Origin: Rhizophagus irregularis
Taxonomy: Eukaryota
DNA length: 64,000 nucleotides
Direction: 5' to 3'
Assembly (NCBI RefSeq): GCF_026210795.1
Contig: NC_089430.1
Location: 1,116,001 to 1,180,000, forward strand
Part shown: positions 39,901-51,485 of the stretch, in pieces
Numbering within the stretch: position 1 is the first letter of the stretch
Layout of the letters: every line of letters starts with the position of its first letter
Made by a program: the position numbers and the translations under genes
The notes under the pieces: generated by a model
What the model was told of the DNA's origin: nothing
The model's database searches: none
The model's input: only the letters and a program-made list of their open reading frames with translations

Positions 39901-39976
39901 TATATAAATTAAATTTCTTTTTAAAGCAAATAATTGATTTATAATTTGTTATTTTTTATCTTTAGATGGATTTTGA
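36951..39976 (+). CDS. TKL-type protein kinase, ~561 aa, 9 exons with a micro-exon tail
   Basis: Exons 36951-37562, 37640-38423, 38501-38512, 38588-38629, 39286-39351, 39591-39644, 39719-39754, 39823-39891 and 39966-39976. Motifs LTKGGFS, VVLK, HRDLHSGN, DLG, GNLPYIAPE; tail YNNPNLHSEEQDELEIPDDGF. Confidence 0.9.
38667..39244. mobile_element. hAT-like non-autonomous element (578 bp) in intron 4 of the kinase
   Basis: Perfect 17-bp TIR TAGGGATGGCAACGGTC. 8-bp TSD ATTATTAG/ATTATTAC (7/8). Subterminal GACCG repeats and internal ~81-bp AT-rich palindromic tandem units. Confidence 0.92.
39371..39540. mobile_element. MITE (170 bp) with 3-bp TSD, CACTA/CMC-like, in intron 5 of the kinase
   Basis: TIR CCCT(A/G)TAAAAA...; ATT on both flanks (39368-39370 and 39541-39543). 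Superfamily is inferred from TSD length. Confidence 0.65.
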
Positions 39977-40249
39977 ATTGTCTTTTAACAATATATTTTT
40001 TTATATTTTAAATTATTATCATTTATTTATTTATCTATCTATTTATTTTTCTTGGGTTATTTAAACACTAAGACTAGAGTAGTAAATGTTTTACAAAATT
40101 CTTAGTTTGTAATTTAAATAATTTTAATAAATTTATTCAAATTATTAAATGTATTTACTACCGTGATTTAAACGTAAATTTATGTCATAAATATTGTAAA
40201 ATCATGACGGATTATTCCATTCGTTATACATGAATTTATTCAAACAATA

Positions 40250-40416
40250 GTATATAGTCCTTCGTTACATTTCGGACTAATAACGTGAGATGCGTCTTGA
40301 GTACACTGTTACACTTCGACAAATTTTAGTCGATCGTTTATAAAATGTCCCGCAAAAATTATGGATACGAAAGTAGAGACGCTTCGGACCCACACTGGGT
40401 CCGTTTCCTATTCTAG
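40250..40416 (+). mobile_element. Helitron 3' end (5' boundary not defined)
   Basis: 8-bp GC hairpin CGGACCCA-CAC-TGGGTCCG (40385-40403), then 9 nt and CTAG|T at 40413-40417. Confidence 0.65.
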
Positions 40417-41429
40417 TTAAATAATATGAATGATAAATATTATAAGCAATGCACGATTTTTTTATTTAATTTTATGAACGTGATCTTAATTTTATTATCG
40501 ACCATTTAAATAATACTAACTTATTTGTAGTACAAGAAAGAATTAATCATTGGTTCAAAACTGGTAGTTTTTGATGCTCAAATTAGATCTAACCAAAACT
40601 AAAATCTAGTATTCTGGTTTTTGAAAAACTAGTTTGAATCCGACTTTTAATGAATAAACCCAATCTGGAGGCGAGTTAAAATGTATTAACTTTGATATTC
40701 ATATGTTCCAACTTCCATATGATCAAATATAATATTTTATTAAAAATATTAGTTAATATTTGCAATACAATTAAATAATAAAAAATGCATATAATAAATA
40801 ATAAATATATATTCATTAATTAAATCATTATATTTCATAAAATCTTCTTTTAAAATTAACCAAGTTTTAAAGATTAAGACTCTATGAGATACTCGAACTT
40901 TCTCTGGATTCAGAAGTCAAATATTAGTAAAGAAAATAAGTATTGTAAAATTTATAAATTGAGAGGTGATAATAGAAAACGTCTCGACGAGTTTATTCAG
41001 GTTGATCAAAATTCGGTTTTAAAACTAGTGTAAAGAACAGGTTAATAAACTCGGTCAAACTGGTACTAGCTAGTTTGAGACTAACTATATCGGTTAAGCT
41101 CAAACTCGGATAAAACTGTTCGGTTCAATTTGCCATAATATTCTTGCTCTCAACTGTAAAAAAAATTTATTTTAACGGAAAAAAATCCCTAGCGTTAGTA
41201 GCGTAGATCCTTACATAAAAATTTAAAGTTTGTAATTAACTTGCTGATTGTTAAATTTGTCACGTGTAACTTCAGGTTTATGGAAATAATGGTTATTAAA
41301 ATCTTGCAATTTACGTAACTTGTACAACTTGATGACGATCATCTCATACATATATATATACTTCGACTTTACCACAAAAATTTCCAATAAAAAAATTCGT
41401 GTTTTTAAACCTTACGTATACCCTTGAAA

Positions 41430-44258
41430 ATGGCGTCAAAAACAATAAGTGAGTGGATTAACTTAAGAAAAGAAAATGAAGACATAAATTATTTTGAATA
41501 TGATGAATTCATTAATGTGGAAAAAATTGGCAAAGGAGGGTTTGGAATTGTAAGTAAAGCTTATTGGAAAAGTGGTAGGATTACTTTGGCATTAAAAACA
41601 CTTTTTAACGAGTCCATCGATGAAAAAAATGCGAAGAAGTTTCTTAAAGAAGTAAGGGTTAAATATTATATTCAATTAAAAGTTAAAATAATTATTATGT
41701 AATTTATCGAAATAAAAAAAAATTATTAACATACTAAATCATTTCTATATAAATAAATCTTTGTTTCTAGTTAAAAAATTTAAGAATAGTTGGTTTTCAT
41801 CCAAATATAAATCAATTTTGTGGCATTACGAAAGGTTAATATTAATATTATCTTTCTATATGAAATTTTACGAGATTTTAAAAATTAATTAATTAATTTG
41901 TATTTGATAATAGATATATCTTTAAATAAATACGTAATGGTATTACAATATGCTACTCAGGGAAATTTAAGAGATTATTTAAAAAAGAATTTTTCTTCGC
42001 TTGAATGGAACGATAAAATTCGGATGGCTTTGGATATTGCTCGTGGATTGACGTGTTTACATAACAGAGAAATAATTCATAGAGATTTGGTAATATAATT
42101 TTTTTTAGTTTATTTCGTTGATTTCATTAATTTTATTTGATAATTAACTTTTTATTCATCTATTAGCACTCGATGAACATATTAGTTCATGATAATAGAT
42201 TGATGATTGCAGACTTCGGATTGTCTAAACAGTTAACAATTGAACCAACCGTTGATTCCACATCACATTCAACAATTTATGGAATACATGCATATATTGA
42301 ACCAAAATGCTTACTAGATAAAAATTATAAAAAAGATAAGAGATCTGATATTTACAGTTTAGGTGTTCTTTTATGGGAGATAACGAGCGGACATCCACCT
42401 TTTCCAAATACTCCATATAATGAACGAATTCCTTTATATCTTCAAGTTTGTAGTGAAGAGTTAAGAGAAGTTCCGATAGATAATACTCCTTCAGATTATA
42501 TAGAACTTTATGTGAAATGTTGGAACGGTGAACCAAAATTAAGACCAACTATTGATAGCGTTTATGATACATTGGAAAAGATATCCTTAGGAGACGCTGA
42601 GCTTAGAGAATGTAAACTAAATCCGAATTTATTAAATCCGTCACATTTACCACTACATCCAAAATCGCAATCGCAATCACAATCACAACTACAACCACAA
42701 CCATCTCAACTTCCACAATCAAAAAATGGCGATTTGGTTATATCCAAAATTGAAAATCAATTAAGTAAGTGAATTGAAAGTATTTTTAATATAAATAGAA
42801 GCGTCTATTTTTTTTTTATTATAACATTAATAACAAAAGTAATTGTTAGAAAACGACAATGAAGGAGATGAAAATCAGATTTGTGTGTGATATCTCTATA
42901 TATTTGTTGTTTTATTTAATTAAAAATTAATCTATTAAAAATTAATATTATAAAATATTAGATACGCTAAATCAAACTGGAACGCAAATTGGTAAGAATA
43001 TGATTATCTTAATATTTATTTAAACCATAAAATATTAATAGAATGATTATTAGGTACGCCAACGTCATCTAGTAATAATCAAATCGACAATCAATTTTGT
43101 AAGTGTATATTTGCTTGATGTTGTTTAAAATCTACTTTGAAATAATTATTATTATTATGATTAGATACACCGCCATCATCCGTTTCATCTGCTAATGGTA
43201 AAACTGGAACGGAATCAATGTCTTCTATTTCACCTGTTTCACCTACCATCAGTAAAACTGGAACAGAATCACCCGTTTCACCTACCATTAGTAAAACTGG
43301 AACGGAATCACCTATTTCACCTACCATTAGTAAAACTGGAACGGAATCACCTATTTCACCTACCATTAGTAAAACTGGGGCGGAATCACCTGTTTCACCT
43401 ATCGTTAGCCAAACCGAAACTAAAATTGGTAAGACATACTTTTTTTTGATATTGTTGATATTTTGGTTATTTAAAATTTACTTGATACATTTTATATTGT
43501 TAAATGAAACAGAAACTAACATTAATGATGATCCAAGTAATATTTTAAATGAAATTATTAAAGCTTATTTAAGAAGAAATGTCATTGGGTGGACAAAAAG
43601 TTTTGCCTTTGAACAAGTTTTGATTAAGTATGTGTCAAAATCTCAGGAAATTTTTAATTATCTTAATAGTAACACAACTCTAGAGCATTATGAAGTGATA
43701 GTTGGAATATTTTATCATAAAGGATTTGGAATAGATGAAAACGACAGTACAGCTTTTGAATGGCATATGAAAGCAAGCAAAAAAAATGATATAAATGGTC
43801 ATTATGAAGTCGGAAAATGCTACAGTGTAGGGTGTGGTGTTAAGAAAAATGATGATAAAGCATTTGAATATTTTCAACGTGCCGCTGATGGTGAATTAAA
43901 TATAGCTTTATATCATCTCGCAGCTTGTTATAAACATGGTGATGGTATACAAAAGGATAATTTTAAAGTATTTGAATTATATAAAAAATCTGCCGAGAAG
44001 GGATTTGTACCATCTCAACAACATTTGGCTAGTTTTTATAAAGATGGCGTAGAAGGTACTCAACAAAATATTAAGGAAGCACTGAAATGGTATAAAAAAT
44101 ATGATGAAAATGGTGGGACTTATAATGTAAAAAATGATATTAAAAATTTGAAAAATTCGGTAATATTTTTATTTTTTTTTTTGTAAATTTTCAACATTAA
44201 GAAAGTCACTAACAATTACATATTAATTTAATAGAATAAAAAATCATCGAAGAAGTGA
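41430..44258 (+). CDS. TKL kinase + S/T/P-rich repeat linker + Sel1-like repeats, ~700 aa, 10 exons
   Basis: Exons 41430-41651, 41771-41834, 41914-42089, 42167-42764, 42850-42882, 42962-42991, 43054-43098, 43165-43428, 43513-44159 and 44235-44258. Motifs GKGGFG, LALK, HRDLHSMN, DFG. Sel1 repeats e.g. GHYEVGKCYSVGCGVKKNDDKAFEYFQRAA. Confidence 0.88.
43200..43403 (+). repeat. 39-bp coding tandem repeat (13 aa: SPTISKTGTESP(V/I)), ~4.5 copies
   Basis: TCACCTACCAT(T/C)AGTAAAACTGGAACGGAATCACCT(A/G)TT repeated inside exon 8 of the kinase-Sel1 gene. Confidence 0.9.
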
Positions 44259-45160
44259 TAAGTTATCGCGTAGAATTACCCGTTCCACAAACATTTTTCG
44301 TTTCCAATATATGGCGGAAAATTCTGCAAATTTTATTCTTCAAATATTGCGCGACTATTTATCAAGTTTATCCTACAAGGTTAAGCTGGGGTATTATTCA
44401 TATCCGTTAAACCATAAGTTCATCCATGTACTTTTTTTTCATATTTTTTTTTCTTTTTTTTTTCCGGCTTTTCATTATTTTTTTTTTTCGACAGTTAAGT
44501 AAACAATAAAGGAATTACTCAGATGTAGTAAATTACAATTTCAATCAAAAAAATTGAATTCGTTAGTTTGATTTTTAATAATTTATGATATAATTAACTA
44601 TTTTTGATCATGTGTGATCAAAAAAAAATACGTCTTCCTTTTCTTTGCTACAATGCAAGATAATTTACAAAAGAAAATTATTAATATCGCAAAATTGATG
44701 ATTTTTTGGCGGAAACAGCTATTTTTAATAATTTAATAATTTCATTTTTAATTTTATTAATAAATCAAACAAATCGAAATCGGAGATTTAAGTATAACAG
44801 AAAAATTTATTCATAATCTCGGATATAATTAATTAATTATTCATATTTCATATTTTTAATATTTTTAACTAATATTTTATCATAAAATAAAATATAGAAT
44901 TGATATAAAAACAATAATTGTAAAAATACTGAACGTTACAATGACCGCATTTAAGGCCGATTACAGCAGTAAGTTTCATGTGATGTCATCAGCGATCCCA
45001 TGAAAACTGAATTATCCATATAAATTATTTAATTGTCTTATAATTACGTCACTTGTGTTACCACATTTACTTGCATTTAAAATAAGTACAAAAGCAAAAT
45101 ATTAAATATTATACGGTTTTTTCACCCCCAAAATTTTTTTTTTCTCTTTTTTTAACAACG

Positions 45161-46564
45161 ATGTCTGAACTTATTTTGGATATACTCGTTTTAATCATTG
45201 AAGAATTAGAAGATGATTATAATACATTATTTAATTGTCTTTTAGTAAATAGTATATGGTGTAAAACGACCATACCAATCTTATGGAAAAATTATTTAAA
45301 TTACGCACTTTTTAAATTTAAATATGTTTCACTCATTAAACTATTTTTTTCATATTTATCTGAAGAATCCAAAATTTTAATGAATGAAAATGGTATTGAT
45401 TTTAATTTATCTTTTATACCACAAAAACCATTAATCAATTATATAAGTTTTATAAAATCTATCGTAATTTTTGATATATCAAAAGTTATTGAAATTTGTT
45501 TCAATATAAAACTTTTAGAAAATCAAAAATTAATTATAGAAAAAGAATTTTATAATATTATTTTTAATCAATGTTCTAATATAAAATGTCTTGACCTTTC
45601 TCATGAATTTTATGAGAATAAATATGATATGGTGAATTATATAGAAATAAAGGATCATCTAAGTAATCTTGTAGAATTCACTTGTACTCAATATATTGAC
45701 GAAAAAATCTTTGATGCTTTGGCGGAAATATGTGTAAATATCAAAAAACTTGAAATAAGAAAGCGTAATAAAGATAATAATGGTTTATTCAAATTAATAC
45801 AAGCTCAACGTCAATTAGAATATTTTTGTTATAAAGGAAAAAAGAGTCGAACGCACGATTGGGATGTTTTTTGTAAAGATATGAGTGAAGCATTAATTAA
45901 GCATTCAAATACGCTCAAACACTTTAATGCACCAATTAGATTATGTATTCCTCTTATTACATTAAATTCTTTCATAAATTTAGAAACTTTAATGTTAGGA
46001 TATTCAACAAATTATATTAACGATTTACATTTAATTAAACTTCCAAAGCTTCAATATCTTAAGGTTTGTTACCTTACAAAAGTAAGAGAATTAATTCAAA
46101 ATACGGGTGGATTTCTTAAAAGAATCGAAATTTATAAACCACTTGTTGAAGCAGAAGAAATCATAAAGATTATCAGAGTTGTATATCAACATTGTCCTCA
46201 ACTTGAATACTTTTGTTTCCCTTTTGTTGATAAAGTTGGTGATATATTAGAAGAATTATTATTAAAATGCAATGATTTAAAAAAAATCATTATGAATGGG
46301 TATTATTTAGATGGGGATATATTATTAAAAATTTTAATAAAATCAATTTCGAAAAAATTACAACATATTGAAATTAATGGTGATTGGAAATTCTCGGTGA
46401 AAGAATTAGAAGAATTTTTAAATAATTGGAAAGAAAGGAATTGTTTACTTTATATTAAATTTGATTTAAGTAGTCATTGTTCTAAAAAAGAATTTTCTGA
46501 TATATTTCATAAATATATAGATGATGGGGTCCTTGATCGTAATTCATGTATTTTAAATAATTGA
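45161..46564 (+). CDS. F-box-like / LRR (RNI-like) protein, 467 aa, single exon
   Basis: N-terminal LILDILVLIIEELEDDYNTLFNCLLVNSIWCKTTIPILW F-box signature, followed by LxxLxL repeats and WKFSVKELEEFLNNWKER. Confidence 0.88.
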   Translation: MSELILDILVLIIEELEDDYNTLFNCLLVNSIWCKTTIPILWKNYLNYALFKFKYVSLIKLFFSYLSEESKILMNENGIDFNLSFIPQKPLINYISFIKSIVIFDISKVIEICFNIKLLENQKLIIEKEFYNIIFNQCSNIKCLDLSHEFYENKYDMVNYIEIKDHLSNLVEFTCTQYIDEKIFDALAEICVNIKKLEIRKRNKDNNGLFKLIQAQRQLEYFCYKGKKSRTHDWDVFCKDMSEALIKHSNTLKHFNAPIRLCIPLITLNSFINLETLMLGYSTNYINDLHLIKLPKLQYLKVCYLTKVRELIQNTGGFLKRIEIYKPLVEAEEIIKIIRVVYQHCPQLEYFCFPFVDKVGDILEELLLKCNDLKKIIMNGYYLDGDILLKILIKSISKKLQHIEINGDWKFSVKELEEFLNNWKERNCLLYIKFDLSSHCSKKEFSDIFHKYIDDGVLDRNSCILNN

Positions 46565-46780
46565 TTATTGATGGACGTTTATATATTATTATTGGTATCG
46601 TAGAGCGTGATATTAGTGGTATGATATGAATCATATGAGATGTATTATGTCTACTTTTTAAAAATAAAGACGATCAATAAATTTTTTGTTATTTCTGTTG
46701 TCATTTTTTTGAAAGATCATCTTACCATATTTATAATAAAAAAAATGGCCGTTTTTTTTTCTTTTTTTTTTAAAAAAAAA

Positions 46781-46930
46781 GTATTGCTAAATATCACCAG
46801 TGGTGACGATTACTAGTGGTGAATTTATGATGTAATGCCGGCCAGTATTTTATTAGCTTTTTAATTTTGGCCAAAAGTACATCATAATGCTGGTATGGTG
46901 ACCATCACCACCGGTGATCTTTAGTAATAC
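46781..46930. mobile_element. MITE (~150 bp) with ~30-bp imperfect TIRs in a poly-A target (Mutator-like?)
   Basis: GTATTGCTAAATATCACCAGTGGTGACG versus the reverse complement of the right end, GTATTACTAAAGATCACCGGTGGTGATG. A-run flanks obscure the TSD. Confidence 0.7.
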
Positions 46931-47742
46931 CAAAAAAACAAATATAAATATACTCGATTAACTCGAATATTTCAACTTGAATATATCATGAAGTCAGGTT
47001 TCTTTCGTAATACTAACCATGATTTATTGATTTATGATCACTATCTAGCATTAACGCTAATTCACATGATAAGTTAATTTCATCTTGATAAGTGAATTAT
47101 GATAAATCGTTCAAAAAAATTTTGGTTCAAAAACCAAAAAAAAAATATTCAAAAAAAATTTCAGTCTAGAAAGAACTGAAAAATAACAATTTATTAAAAA
47201 AAATTTAGTTTTTAAAAAAAAAAAAAAAAAAATATCTTGGTAAAACGCTAGTAACAGTATTTTAAAATTAAGCAATGATGATGGGGACGAAGTTCCCTAC
47301 AAAATGCACATTTTAGTTGAACTTTAATTTTTAATAATATCAAACAATTTTGATACGCATTTAGAATTTTATAAAATATTATTTACTCTAGAAATTTTGT
47401 ATTTAGTTTCTCTATAAAAGATTTTTTCAGAAAAATGATCACGTGTCTAAGTTTCTTCGGAATAAAAACTAGAAAAATGATCATTTATCGGAGTTTTTTC
47501 TAGAATTCTTTTTTTTTTATAGAGGTTTATTTAATAAAGATAAAAGTTTATATATAACAAATCCTGTTTTCCCAAGAACAAATTGTTACAATCCTCCCTA
47601 ATACATTATAAAAAGTTTTCTATTCATCTGATAATTTATATAAATCAAAATTTAATTTATCATAATTTAAAAAAATCTATTAATAATATCACTAAAGAGA
47701 CTTTTAAAATCTGTATTAATAAAATCAATTATTGTTATTTTA

Positions 47743-49169
47743 CTATGTATTTAGTGCATGGCCGGGATAAATTCTTTTACGTTGGATAAACCGATAAACC
47801 CATAACTGGTCGCCGATAAACCAATAACTGGTCGCGAGAGTAATAAGACTCGATCCAATTATAGATCCAAGAATTATTGCTACAAGTCCACCTTTTGAGA
47901 TTTGAACGTTATTAGGATCAGTTTTTATCGTAGGCGTACTACAACTCGAATCTGCAGAAGCAGTTGGACTAGGACCTGCAGAAGCAGTTGGACTCGGACC
48001 TGCAGAAGCAGTTGGACTCGGACCTGCAGAAGCAGTTGGACTCGAATCTACAAAAGAACTCCTATTTAAATTTCCATTAAATAAATTATTGATTTAATTT
48101 TTTGAATTAAAAGAGAAGATTTAAAATTAAAAAAAAATTTCAATATACCCCCAAAGATCCCATTTTGTCGCATCTCCACATTTAGATTGCGTCAAATTAT
48201 TATTAGGACCTGTACTGTTCATGCAAAGGTTAGATGATTTATTCTGTTTAAGAAAAAAAATAATAGAATTAACTTAGAAATCGCTTATTAATAAAATACA
48301 GTAAGTATTAAATATAAAGGTTAAAAAAATTTACTTTTATCGAACATGAAGTATGATATTGTGTCCAATCAGTAGAATTTGGTTTGATATTACATTTAGC
48401 ACAATCGATACTAAATCTTTGATTATCAGAACTAATACTCTTAATATTAAAAAAAAAAGGAAAAGGCAAATGTAATAATTGATTATCTGAATTGGTGCTT
48501 TTAATATTAAAAAAGAAATAAAGAAAAATATAGTGAATTAAATCAGAATTGATTAATTAGTAATTGAACGATAAAATACGAAAAATTGTAAAATTATGTA
48601 AAAAGATTTTAAAATACAATACTAACGTATGATTTAGTACAAAAGGAGCTACGGCGTTCATTTCAATAACTATTAATTAAAAAGATCACGTTTTTAACTA
48701 CAATTATTTTGATTAAATTAATAAAATATACATATATCTTTTTAATATTATTTATTAAAATATATATATGCATATGATGTACTTACCAAGTGTGTGGTTG
48801 TCTTTAAACGGTCGAAGCTCATATAAACCAGGTTTAGGTTGTGTTAACAGAAAAATTTCGTAATCTTTTGGTTTACTTGGTTTACTATTACTAAAATCTA
48901 CTGTATAAATAGCATTACCCGGTTTTCTGTACAGTTTTTTAAAATTGAATTTAATATTTCATTATAGAAAATAATAAAAGTATAGTTTTACAAATTACTG
49001 TAACTTACGCATCACTAGGATTTAGTTGCAATCGAGTATTGGTATTTGATTGATTTATTGTAAAAACAACCCCATTATTGACCTTTGGAGAACATGATAA
49101 TACAAACGTAGTGAAAAAGCTAAATAATAAGAAGGTCTTGTAGAATAATAAAGATCTTAACCAATACAT
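47743..49169 (-). CDS. Predicted type-I membrane protein, copy A: signal peptide, beta-trefoil/ricin-B-like ectodomain, SPTASAGP stalk, TM helix, short tail; 286-306 aa, 6 exons
   Basis: Exons 49169-49009, 48926-48787, 48669-48627, 48497 (or 48437)-48335, 48243-48149 and 48061-47743 splice in frame. SP MYWLRSLLFYKTFLLFSFFTTFVLS; ...NQRFSIDC...CSIKNKSSNLCM...C...KWDLW; TM GGLVAIILGSIIGSSLITLATSYWFI. The lectin fold is my inference. Confidence 0.8.
47950..48045 (-). repeat. 24-bp coding tandem repeat (SPTASAGP) x4
   Basis: AGTCCAACTGCTTCTGCAGGTCC(G/T) repeated on the minus strand. Confidence 0.9.
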
Positions 49170-51485
49170 CCCTAAATTTGGAATATGAGTGAAATGACAG
49201 AGTATGCTTTTACTGTGCATGAAAAAAGTGGACAATTATAAATTATATTTTCCCATACAAACGCCCTTTATACATCGCAATTTCTGAACTGTTTCCGGAA
49301 ATATTTAGTTTTTTTGGTTTGTACTGATAAACATACTTTATTGAACATTCCTTATTAAATAATAATAACCTAATCTTATTATTAAATGTATAATCAATAT
49401 ATGAAGAATTAAGGAAATAAAAGAATGGATAAAAAGTTAGAATATGTTAAAAATAGTTATCCAATGATTTGTGTAACCTCAGGACTTCTCACTCCGATTA
49501 AAATGCAGCTACATTAATGATCGCCTGAAGAGTGTCCTGAATATTTTGAATGAACTTATAAATATAATCATTATCACTGGTCTAATTATAGAAATTTTGT
49601 TTAAGTCTTTTTGAATTGCAAGTTCGACACTAATCCTTCTCTGTATTTATTTGTTTGCACTCTACACATCATCCAAATTTTTTCTCATTATTTTTTGAAT
49701 AAGCATCACAATATTAACCTTTACCTACTTGTTTGCATTGAACATGTGCTTTAGTTCTTCTTCACTTAATTGATCCATAACGCAAATAAACTAGTTTATC
49801 AGCAGGTTTTGTCATATTTGGTAAATTTCGATACAGAAAAATCATAATGGGACATTTTACCGTATATATATCGTACGATCGGCGTGATTATGAAGACTTC
49901 ATTATTATTAATCGGGATAGTTATACAAACTTTATTTATAGCGAGAATGATGACATAATCTATGCTATTTTTCTTGAGACTTATAGAAAGCTCATTCAGG
50001 ATAAAAGTTATTATAAACATTTATGGTAAGTATCACTAAGTGATAGGACTGTTCACAAATCTTACAAGAAAAATGTTTAGTGTGAGAAAATTTTATTTCT
50101 TATTTTACGTACGGTAGGTATTAAACGTTATTTATTTATTTTTAAGAAAAAAATACATATATATCTATTATTTTATTTAACATAAAACATGTCGTTGCAA
50201 ATATATTACTCAATTAATCTATGAATTGTCGGTTATTTCTATCTTCAAAATAATGAACGTGACTTGATCGTATATGATTTATAAATTTTTTGATTCATAT
50301 AATCTCTATTATCTAACGTATAGGGTTTTTAAATAATTTTTTAAATAATAGAACTTTAAAATATTTCTTTATATTTTCAGGAGATCTAATTTATTTGAAA
50401 TAACATATAATAAAATTATTTACGGAAGGACGTGATTAAAGTTTCAAGGCTCAGTAATTTGCATCACATGATCTTGTAACGTATTTTATTTATTTACCGT
50501 ACCAAGTTTATAATTAACCACATTTAAGGGGATGTGAAAAAAATAATTTTGGGAGGCAAAAAACGTCCCTCAAAACAGTGAAAAACGCGGTGGGGTGTGA
50601 TGCCGGTGATGAACATTACAAAGTCACGTGGTGTGAAAAATTTGGTGGTGTTACTTGGAAGATACTTATTTTTATGCTGCTTCGGACACTTTACTAATAT
50701 AGTGTGTAATGAAAAAAGTTGGTATTCATGTTAAATAAAAGGAAGGAAAAAATGCAACTTTTACAAAAATCAATATATAAAATACATTTAACTGCTTTAT
50801 TTAGCATATTTATAAAAAAACATTAATTGTTAAATTGTAATTTTTTTAAACTTTATATGTATAATTTCAAATTTCCAGAATTTTGGAACGAAAAAACATA
50901 CTTTTATATTATATGAGTCTTTTTTTTTTATTGATAATTTCGTTATTAGTAGCTACCAATTGCTACAAATTTGAATATATCTTTTTCTTTTCACTTTCGA
51001 TTCATACTATACAAGTAGTTAGTGGTAGACTGTTTATAAATAAATCAATATTAATTTTTCAGAGTATAATCAGTATTATCAATCTAAATATAAAATCGAA
51101 TAACGACATAACTTCGGCTTATCAGTTTATAATTTAGTTTTTCCAGAAGTAAATTTTAGGAGCATATTTAATTTTGAAGACGAGAAAATCTTAAGAGATC
51201 GGTAAGCAATAATTATTAGCCGAAATAGAATAAAAGTCAAATTCACCATTAAAAAATTCCTAGACTTTCCTGTATTTGGCCATATTTCGAAACACAAATA
51301 ATTGCGCAGCATGAAAACGCGTGATACAGTATGTCTGCGCCTATCTATTCATAGTTAGGAGTTCCTGTTAATTGAAATTTTTAACGGATATCTTTTTTTT
51401 TTGCCAATGAGATAATGCTAATGTAATAAAAGTTTAATTTGTCTTTAATTTCATTTCGGTCCTTTTGGGAAGATGCACTCAGCAG

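Noticed and set aside
43091..43449. ORFs 43091..43366 (-) and 43195..43449 (+)
   Set aside because: Alternative-frame shadows of the 39-bp coding repeat.
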